Shown here: piece after piece, positions 51,141 to 64,000 of the stretch
How positions within the stretch are numbered: position 1 is the first letter of the stretch
How the letters are laid out: the number at the start of each line of letters is the position of its first letter
From: the human T2T-CHM13v2.0 reference genome, Homo sapiens
Assembly (NCBI RefSeq): GCF_009914755.1
Contig: NC_060947.1
Strand: one strand, 5' to 3'
Length of the DNA: 64,000 nucleotides
Made by a program: the position numbers and the translations under genes
The notes under the pieces: model-generated
Told to the model about the DNA's origin: nothing
What the model saw: the letters and a program-made list of their open reading frames with translations, nothing else
Databases searched by the model: none

Positions 51141-51928
51141 ACTTGCAGTCCTGGTGAGCTCTCCACAGCCAAGGCACTCACTCTTTGATGAATGGGGTTG
51201 AATGATCTGTAGATATTTGGAGGCTGTAGTGAAAGTTAGTGTGGCTGGGTCCCAGGGTGATGGACAGAGAGGCAAGGAGAAGACAATAGCTCCATAGGGA
51301 GGTCAGACAGGGCCACGAAGGGTCTGTAATGCTAAGTACTTTGCTAACAACTTTGGACTTCTGCCCTAGAAGTGCAGCAAGGCACCTGGGTCTTCAGGGA
51401 ATGACCACTGCCCTGATATTTGTGAAGGATAGGAATGACCTGCTCATGTCTGTGAACTAGAAAAGTCAGCGAGGAAGCAGTGTTAGGGATAGCTTGGAGG
51501 GGGCATTCGTATACACCAGAGGTGGCTACAGAGGTCGAGATGTTGGCTAAATCCAGGGACTACTGAGTGCTCTCATCTGCTGAGGTTGGAGAGACACCAG
51601 AGCCAGGAGACAAGGAGATTTCTGTTGGACAGGGTCTCTTTCCAGTCTTGAGCCACACTTCCCCTTGGGAAACTAGAGTTTTGACTGATCATCAAAAAGC
51701 CCCTAGAGGTAGCTCTTGTCAGCTAGCACTACTCACCTTCTTCCCATCCCCCCATCCAAAACTCCAGGCCATGGGGTCACATTGTGTCACAAGAGGGACG
51801 GCCTGGGATCTTCCGGAGGCCATGTGCTGCTGGCTGCCTTCTCTCCTCTGAGCTGACACCCTTAAAAGCCTTATTTCTACCAGAAAGTGTGGTATGTCCT
51901 CAAGGAGGCACAGTTCAGCCCAGCTCAG

Positions 51929-52565
51929 TGTGATGGTTAATACTGTCAACTTGATTGGATAGAAGAATATAAAGTATTGTTCCTGGGTGTGTCTGTGAGG
52001 GTGTTGCCAAAGGAGATTAACATTTGAGTCAGTGGGCTGGGAAAGGCGGACTCACCCTTAAACTGGGTGGGCACAATGTAATCAGCTGCCATCGAGGTTA
52101 GAATATAAGCAGGCAGAAAAATGTGAAAAGAGACACTGGCCTAGCCTGTCAGCCTGCATCTTTCTCCCATGCTGGATGCTTCCTGCCCTTAAACATCGGA
52201 CTCCAAGTTCTTCAGTTTTGAGACTCAGGCTCTCCTTGCTCCTCAAGCTTACAGACAGCCTATTGTGGGATCTTGTGATCGTGTAAGTTAATACTTAATA
52301 AACTCCCACATATATTATATATATATATATATACACACACTTAATAAACTCCCATATATATATATATGGTTATAAACTCCCATATATATATATGGGAGTA
52401 TAAACACTTAATAAACTCCCATATATATATATATATGTATATGTGTATATATATATAGTTTATATATATGTATATGTATATATAGTTTTTATATATATAT
52501 GTATATGTGTATATATATATGTATATAGATCCCATTAGTTCTATCCATTTAGAGAACCCTGATAT
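51929..52565 (+). mobile_element. MLT2A-type ERVL LTR with expanded internal (TA)n / AATAAACTCCCA repeats
   Basis: tgtgatggttaatactg...ttgccaaaggagattaacatttgagtcagtgg...cccattagttctatccatttagagaaccctga. Confidence 0.85.
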
Positions 52566-53775
52566 GCTCAGTTCCAACAGACTTTCACAGCATAGGCCCA
52601 TCCTTCAAGCAGGCAACTTGCTTGCTGTGAGCTATGACTATGAGCTATCCTATTGGTTTGCTCCTAAAGTCTTGCCTACAGGGAAAATTTATTGTGGCAT
52701 CCCCCAGGGAACTTGATCACTGCCCAGTGCTCACAAACTCATGATTTGAGAAAACCATGGGCATCTTTTTCTTGTGGCTAACTAGACCAACGAGGAAACT
52801 ATCTTCCACAGAACCAACCAAAAGGACACAGACGAATGGCCTGAACTTCACGGAGCAATTTGGAAGCAGGCAACAGAGAAACACAGCACAGAACACTTAT
52901 GGGGCCAACTCCAGCCAAACCTTGATATTTCCTTGGCAACCATGGTCCCAAAATTCACTCTGATATGTGATATGAGACACCGTTCAACACACATAGCACC
53001 TGGGAAGCCAGGACCCCGGAGTCCTCCAGGAGAGGACAGGGACACGAGTCCCTGGAACCAGGGTGCAGCCATCTGCAGGCTTCTCTCCCAGAAACCGTGG
53101 CCCTGCCCCTGAATGCTGGTTGACTGCTGAGTCACCATCCAAACTCCAAAGTCAAAGTGAGGAGGGCCGGCAGGCTCGAGGGCAGAAAGAGCAGGAGCAG
53201 GGGCCTCTGACAGGAATCCCTGGACTCCTGGCAGAAAGGGCCAGCCATGCCCAGATGACACTGCCTCCTTGGGAGGAGAGTGAGTGTGCCCCATGGGTTG
53301 GAAGAGCCAGTGGCACACACAGGAAGGAAGGGAGCTGGAAGGCAGCTGTGGGAGGAATGATGCTGATGGCATCTAGCTGCAGGCAAGCTCACTGGGAGCA
53401 AGCACCGGGCTGAGCTTGCTATGAAGGCCATTTCAATCCCAAACCAAGGCAGAGAGGACTGATCACCAATGCAGTTGTACCCTGAGCCCCATGGAACCAC
53501 CCAGCCCACTGCCACCGGCCTCCACAACCAATGCCCCACCAACGCTCCTCCAGAGGGACTTGACTTCAATGAGTTGAAGACTGTGCCACAGGCAACCAGC
53601 TGTGTCAAGGACCAACGCAGAACAAGCTCACACTTATTCAGCCCAGCAGGACCCTGAGTCTGGGAAGCATGGCGTGCCACATCGGGTTGTCCCTCAGAAA
53701 AACCCTGCTAGGTGGGAAGGAGCCACCTGCACCTGTGAGGCTGCGGAGGACAGGCTAGGGGCAGGGCAGGTTGTA

Positions 53776-53845
53776 CGTGCATGTGCATGCGTGCGTGTGC
53801 GTGCGTGCGTGCGTGTGTGTGTGTGTGTTTCAGTGTGTGTGTGGG
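53776..53845. repeat. (GCGT)n/(GT)n alternating purine-pyrimidine tract
   Basis: Read directly. Confidence 0.85.
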
Positions 53846-55334
53846 TGGGGCACAGCCAGACAGAAGCTGAGGAAGTACTGCTCCCCCCACCCCAGGTAGG
53901 GGCAGCCAGCCAGGGAATGGCAGGGTCATATGGCAGGAGGCAGGTGCTAGCCTGGCAGCCCAAGGGCCTGTCGTGGGCTCTGGGCAGGGCAGAGAGCCGT
54001 CGGGAGCAGAATCAAAGAGGGCATTGGAGGAAGAAGCTTCTGAGCAGTCAGAGCAGGCCGCGGCCGGTGGGGAGCTGGCCCGAAGCCACAGACTGGGGAG
54101 CTTTGGCCCTGCCTGAGGTAGGACGGTAGGGAGGAGCCCCAGGCTCTCCCTGGAGGACACAAGGGGGCCCCCGTTGGCTGTGCAGAGCCTGGGCCCTCGG
54201 ACATTGTGGTGCACAGCAAAGAAGCCCTTCTTGGTTCAAGAGCAGACAATGCTCCCACTCAACCTGTGGAGGCTGTAAGGGACACGTCCGAGGTCAGCCA
54301 GCTGGGAGGCAACCAGGTGGGGAGAAACACACACGGAGACCTCCTCTGCGTCCCGGCCTGCGTTGGAGGCACTCAGCAAGGCTGGCTGTCCTTGGGACTT
54401 GTTTCTCAAGAGCCAGTACTACAGCAGGTGCTCTACGGAGGCGTCTGGTCACCAAGCAACCCAGAGCCTTCTGTGAATCTTGATTGCAGCATCTCCAATC
54501 AAGTGCCACCTCACAGTACAGTGCTTCCGTGTTTATCCCTTCAGGTGTCCAACATCTGCTGGGCACGCTGGCTCTGTGCAGTGCCTTCTGCTGGCAATCA
54601 GGGGGACCAAGCCAAAAAGATGGAAGCCTCTGGGAGCCAAACCAAGCAGGGGCCACCTATACAATTCCTCTACCTTTACCAGGGAGTCTGCCTGCCCACA
54701 GGGCAGGGCTGGGTGCTGCGGGGCAGGGTGGGGAGGGACGGGAAGATGGAGAGTGGCAGGCTGGCGGGAGGGAGGAAGAGGGCAGAGCGAATGTCTACCT
54801 GGGTGTCACACGAGCCACTTGAATGTGACCACGGCCACAGGAACTCATCCCCATGCCCGTCACCCCTCTTTCCACAAAAGGCAAGAGGAAAGACAACTGC
54901 CAGCATGATCCCCATGTCAGACAAGGGTCCTGCCTTCCACCCGGTCCACACACAACAAGGAACCCGGGACCCTGCCTGAGCCCTCCCCGGGCCTTCTCCC
55001 TCTCTAGAGCCTGTATCTTCTGCTTTCCCTTAGACCCTCCTTGCCCAGCCCCGGGGTCGGGGGGGCCTGGACTTGGGCTGCAGCCCCCTCGCTGCTCCAG
55101 GCTTCCCATCCTGCTGATTAGTTCCCCCAGACGTCTGGCCGGCCGGTCTCAGCATCACCACCTCCTGGCTTCAAACCCATCGGGGCTCCCCACAGCCCTC
55201 AGGATAAGGTCCCGGTACCCTGGCAGGCTGGAGCAGGCTGACAGATTCAGGCACTTGCTGGAAAGAAGGCACCGAGAGCCTCCTCTGGGCCACACTCTGT
55301 TCTAGGTGCTGGGGATCTCAGGGTAGGAAACGCT

Positions 55335-55792
55335 GTACTACGGTTTGAACGTTGTGTCCCTGCCAAAATTCATGTTGAAAGTTAGTCCCTAACGCAGCAG
55401 TGTTAAGGGGTGAGACCTTTAGGAGGCAATGAGACCATGGGGGCAGAGCCCTCGGGGATGAGAGGAGTCCCTTGTAAAAGGCTGGAAAGCACTAGGTAAG
55501 CCCCCTTTTTGCTGTTCCCTCCCCACGACCATGTGAGGACGCAGGCACAAGACACCATCTTGGAAGGAGAGACTGAGCCCCCACCAGATGCTGAACCTAC
55601 TGGTGCCTTGATCTTGGGCTTCCCAGCCTCCGGAATTGGGAACAAGAAATTTCTGTTCTTTTGTAAGTTTCCCAGTCTCCAGTGCCTTGACTTTGAGCTT
55701 CCCAGCCCCCAGAATTGGGAGCAATACATTTCTGTTCTTTGCAAGTTACCCAGTCTCAGGTATTTTGCTATAGCAGTGCAAATGGGCTAGAC
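55335..55792 (+). mobile_element. MST/MLT1A-type MaLR LTR with a duplicated 3' segment
   Basis: ctacggtttgaacgttgtgtccc...aatgggctagaca; 55619-55680 resembles 55698-55757. Confidence 0.8.
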
Positions 55793-56002
55793 ACACAGGC
55801 AAGTCCACTCCACCTTCTGGGGCTCTAGCTTGCCACCTGGGGAGGGAGCCCCTGATACCCAAAAGCAAAGACTCAGACCAGCATTTCTCACGTGCCGACA
55901 CATGTACTGATGCCGCCAATAAGAATATAAACCGAGGGCACGTGATTTGTGTGTCCCAGCAGAGGGGGCCTATGGGAGGAGGGGACAGTTCAGCTGAGAC
56001 AT

Positions 56003-56100
56003 GAAGGAGGAGGAGGTGCAGGAGGAGGGGGAGGAGGAGGAGGGGGAGGAGGAGGAATAGGAGGAGGAGGAGGAGGAGGGAGAGGAAGAGCAGGAGGAAG
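56003..56100. repeat. (GGA)n purine tract
   Basis: Read directly. Confidence 0.9.
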
Positions 56101-56129
56101 CTGCTGCCACAGAAGGTTCTTGGGCCTGG

Positions 56130-57010
56130 ATGGCTCACACAGAGGAAGGAGGGATGGCAAAGGCCGAAGGTGGGAACAAGCCCTGTGCTTTGGGGCCAGC
56201 TGAACAGGCCAGATCGGCAGGAATGTGGTGAGAGGAGCTGGGGGCATGGCAACATGGGGTGGATTTCGGGGAAGGAAGGAGAGCATCAGAGGAAGCCAGA
56301 TCCCCAGGAGCAGCGTGGGGGGTGCTCTTGACCAGGATGGGGACTTTGAGATTACTCTAAGGAGATGGGGTGCCACAGGGAGGAGCAGGGTCTGGTGGTG
56401 TTGCAAAAAGATCACCCTGGCTGCTGAGGGGGTGTTGGTGGAGCAGGGAGGAAGCGGAGTGGAGGCAGGGAGAACAGGAGGCAGGGCGGGCCAAGGACCA
56501 CGGAGATGAGAAGGGTAGCAGTCTTGGAGCAGAGTCAACAAAATCCAATGATGGGTTAGATTTGGGAGTGAGGAACAAAGGAGAGGGGAGAGAATCTTGG
56601 CTGCTTTGTTTGAGTCACCAGGTAGGAGGCAGAGCCCTTTGCACAGAGGGGGAAGCCCGGGGACAGTGTAGGCATGGTGAAGGGGACGAAGCCCTCCGGT
56701 TTGAACATCTTAGCTCTGAAATGTCTGCGGGGCATCCACGTGGGCAGATGGATGGGTACGTGCGGAGCTTGGAAGAGAGGTCACGTCCAGAGACAGAGCA
56801 TTCATCGGAGGTGCCGTATGTCCCAGGGTTGAGGCTGGGAGCCCGCCCCCACCACGCTTAGATCCAGCAAAGTAGGAGGAGGAGGAGGAAGGTCCAAGGG
56901 CAGAGAGGCAGGTAGAGAGGGAGGAGGTCAGCCCAAAAGTGGGGTGGGGGAGAGGAAGAAGCTGAGAAAGGAAATGGTTTTGAGAAGGAAGGAGAGTCAA
57001 CTGTGTTGAG
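56130..57010. mobile_element. L2 fragments
   Basis: aaagatcaccctggctgctg, ggtttgaacatcttagctctgaaatgtctg...catcca and ggagagtcaactgtgt are L2-like. Confidence 0.55.
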
Positions 57011-57624
57011 AGGTGGAGACAATGGGGACAGAGGACTGACAAAAGAAAGACAGTTGACGTGTCACAGCCCAGCCTTGCCCGGGGTTGGCGGGGGGCAATG
57101 GGTGTCCTGCAGCGTCCTGGACTTGGAGTCAGCAGGTGCAGAAGGAAGGAGAGTGGGAAGAGACAAGGCCGAAAACAGGAAATTAGTTGCGAGCCGGCCG
57201 GTGGGCTGGCTGGGCCAGTTGGAGACACCAGACCCACAGATGTTCCCAGGGCGGGGGCGGCCGAGGCGGGGGGGGGGGAGGGGGGGGGGGGTCGGTGCCC
57301 TTTCTGAAGAAGGACTCCAGAAAAATCACGGCTGAAAACAAGAGAGAGGACAATATGTGGTATAAGCCGTGACAAGTCTAACACTAAAGGTTCGATAGAC
57401 AGACACTCTCACAGCAGAGGTAAAGAGCAGCAGTTTGCCTGAATGAGAACAAGCAGTCTTGGCCCTCAAGGGGGAGAAGCGGTGGGGGGCAGGGGGGCGG
57501 GGAGGACTGGACACACGAGCCCAACCGGGGAGGCTGCTTTGTGACAGAAGACATGCGTTTCTTCGCTGACCCCACGTTTACTACCTGGGAGGTAGAAAAG
57601 CCTGGGGAGCAAGACCATGCCAAC

Positions 57625-58075
57625 CTAAGTACCACACAGAGAGGGAGCCTCCCTATAAGAATGGTATTCAGAAATAGGCACTGCAGTGGGGACGCGTGCG
57701 CCCTAGTGAACTATGTGCATATTCAGGCAGGGGAAGGCAGACAAAGGTTTTTCAGGACAAGTGAAGAGGATTACATAATTGTTTTGACATAATGATCTTT
57801 GGCTACAAGGATGAATAACAAGGGTAGCATTGGTCAGGGGCTTGGACAGGAAGTTGCTGGGCAGGTGTCCTCACAGAAGTATTATTTGTGTCAGGTTGCA
57901 ACAGCCTTTGTGCAAATTTGTGGGTTTTGCAGTCTTCCGTGATAGCTTTTGTTATCAGGCATTCGTGCATGGGAACCCTGCCTAGGTGGCCCTCCACAGC
58001 TCTATTTGTCAGGTTTTTGGATTTTTGTTTGCTTGAACAACAAGTGACTCCATCTTGATTCTGAAACCTTTCACA
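57625..58075 (-). mobile_element. MER34-like ERV1 LTR fragment
   Basis: Minus strand begins TGTGAAAGGTTTCAGAATCAAGATGGAGTCAC. Confidence 0.65.
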
Positions 58076-59179
58076 ACCATACGGGCAAGCCAAAGTCTAA
58101 TTGTGAGGCCCACTCCAATGCGACCTGCTTCTGGGCAACGTGATAGACTGGCCATGGCTTATATCACAAAAGGAGAAAGGCTTCGATCTTGACGCTAGGA
58201 ACTTTCTCCTGGAAACGGGCCGATGACGCCTGTCATCTGCGAGATGAGGAGGAAAGGAGCAAAGGAGATTCACAGAAGAGGAACCAGGAACGGCCAGTGA
58301 GAGGATGCACGACCTCGCCACCGCTCGGGGAAACGCAAGGCACACAGCGATGAGGTGGTGTCTCTCCCCGTGGGATGGGCAAGCAGGCGAGGCTGGACAG
58401 GACCAAAGGCTGCTCGGGCTGTAGGAACCCAGGACCGCTCCCACGCTGCCAGTGCGAGGGAACATGGGTTCAGCCATGCACCGGAGGTCACAGATGAGCA
58501 ATGCTTGGTTGTGGCGTTGATAGGCACAGCCCAAGTCCCAGCAGAGCCACTGCCTGCTGTGCACCCCAGAGTCTTTCTGGCTGACGGTGGTGGCTCAGAC
58601 AGGCATGCGGGATGCCACTGGCAGCAGTGTCTGCAACAGCCAAACAGTGGGAAGGACCGGAATGTCCATCCCCAGGGTCATAGACAAATACTCTGGGGCT
58701 GTGATTCAGCAAGGAGCTTGGGCGAGCTGGACGCTTGGGGGAAACCTTGGCCAGCAAGTTGCCAAACAGGAGGTCAGGCAAGGAAAGAGAAGGGGATGAG
58801 GGAACGACACCCAGAGGTGTGACCCCGTGGGAACCTGTTTGCCACCTGCCTGGTGGAGATGCTGTTCACATGGCCCCAGCCTCCCATGATGGGTCAGGTG
58901 CAGGGTGGTCAGATCCACGGGCGCAGAATCTCTGTTTTGAGCGGAGGCTGCTCTGCCCTGGCGCAGTGTCTAGCCCCGGCAACAGAGGACTGGGGAAGGA
59001 CCTATGGAAGGCTGACTCAGGCCCTGACAGACGGAGGTCTCCAGGGAGGTACGACACCCATGCTGCCCTCAGGGCCAAGAGAGCAATGTCCCAGAGCCCA
59101 TCAGGCTGGTGAGGGCACAGGGGGCAGGGGACAAATTGAGTAGCCCACTCCGCGCGGACTACCTTTCCAGGCACACACT

Positions 59180-61810
<2,631 letters not shown>

Positions 61811-62576
61811 GTTGGGGCTGGGGAGGCAGCCCAGCGCGAGTCCTCCCCGGGCAAATAGGCTCCGAGGGCCCCGGGGCCTCCTCTCCTCCTCTCAGGCAGC
61901 AGGGCCCTGGAGACAGGCGGAGGCCGGGCCAGGGCCGGTCCCTCACCCCACATCGGGATCGGGGCCAGCTGTGGCCTGGGTGGGGGCACCTGAAGATGTC
62001 TGCCCCCCACTCCTTGTCCTGGGTTGGGAGAGGCAGGGGGAAAGAGGCCCTCTCAAGGGTGTCAGCTGCCTGGGTCTCCCAAGAGCGGTCCCCCACCCGC
62101 GGAGTCCTCCACATGGCTCCCGTGTGGGCCTCTGACTTCATGCCCAGGCCCTCCTGGGGCTCTTCCCTGACCTTGGCTTCCAGCCTGAGGTTACACATGT
62201 GGCCACTCTGACCCTTCTGAAAGCCCTGAGCGCCGCCCCCCCCACCCCACCCCGCAGTGCTGTCAGGGATCCTGGATACCAGGACCTAGCCTACTGTCCC
62301 TCTGCCTGTCTGCAACGTCCAAACCACCTACTCCTGGGAGGTGATCAGCGTGCCCTGGGAACCCAATCAGCCCCTGCTCAAGACTACCACGCCATCCCGT
62401 GCAGCCCAGGGGACCACACAGACCCTCAGGGACCAAGCACCCCACACACCCCGATGTTAGCCCAGCCACTGTGGCACCTCACCTCACCTTGTCCCCAGCC
62501 AACACTGCACCCCGCACCCCGCACCCCATGCAGTTTCCCACAGCAGAGGCGAGGCCGGCTGGAACACTGAATGAAA

Positions 62577-62582
62577 TTTATT
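62577..62582 (-). terminator. Poly(A) signal serving the minus-strand PNMA6 copy
   Basis: TTTATT in a reverse-complement copy of the PNMA 3'UTR end. Confidence 0.75.
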
Positions 62583-63316
62583 GAAGAGAGATATGTACTG
62601 AAACCGTTGAAGAGAAGGGAATCACAACACAGAAGCTGCAAATGGCCACCACAGGACACAGGTCGGGACCCCCCTCCTCCTGGGGGAACACCCACCCCAG
62701 GTCTAGGAAACTCAGTAACAAGTAACAACAGGGGTGGAACGCCAAAGCACAAAGTTCACTGGGGAAACTCAGACAGCCCCACTCCATCCCGGGTCCTGTT
62801 CTTTCTCCCACAGTCATGGTCACCATCGCTGTCACGGGATGAGTGTCCACTGTGCCCTGGTGCCTTCTTTCCGCCATCTCCCGGGACTGCGCTGGGGTCC
62901 TCTGGGGAGGAGCTGCTCAGAGAAGAACACACACGGCTCCACAAAAACAAGCAGCCCCTGGCCTAGATCTACGCAGGGAAAGCAGAGGTGGTGCTCACGA
63001 TACGGGAGAGCAGTGAGCACAACCTGGGCTCCCAGGAAGCTCACAGCACGTGCCCCTGGCACTGGAGGGGCGCCTCCCCCCACCCCATTTGGTATTAAAT
63101 GTGGTCATCTGGGTCACCGGGAAGGTGGTGGTGGGCAGGGCCCCTTGGGGGGAAGTGGGGGGCCCCGATCCCGATGTGGGGTGAGGGACCGGCCCTGGCC
63201 CGGCCTCCGCCTGTCTCCAGGGCCCTGCTGCCTGAGAGGAGGAGAGGAGGCCCCGGGGCCCTCGGAGCCTATTTGCCCGGGGAGGACTCGCGCTGGGCTG
63301 CCTCCCCAGCCCCAAC

Positions 63317-64000
<684 letters not shown>

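Noticed and set aside
54206-54979. 257-aa ORF between PNMA3 and PNMA6A
   Set aside because: Non-ATG start, no recognisable domain, and a GC-rich background.

Overview
Primate, most likely human Xq28, genomic DNA containing the PNMA cluster of domesticated Ty3/gypsy Gag-like genes. It holds a disabled PNMA6E/F-like copy (16.3-18.1 kb), PNMA3 (44578-45969), PNMA6A (60611-61810) and the 3' part of an inverted copy that looks identical (PNMA6B-like, minus strand, running off the window end). The rest is repeat-rich: L1, Alu, ERVL/ERV1/MaLR, MER85, a processed HMGN2 pseudogene, a ~1 kb TATG VNTR and an orphan CpG island. Highlights: (1) the PNMA3 3' end has a retrovirus-like -1 frameshift cassette (G GGA AAC plus pseudoknot, 261-codon -1 ORF) that lies entirely inside a 121-nt alternative intron, so all three frames can supply a C-terminus; (2) the PNMA6A/6B palindrome has only one canonical AATAAA, located in an invertible spacer; (3) a ~1 kb 3'UTR module and a ~1.2 kb promoter module are shared between paralogues whose coding regions are far more diverged; (4) the PNMA6A stop codon looks derived, with the ancestral tail still in frame behind it. 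Repeat subfamily names and identity estimates are by eye, not computed.
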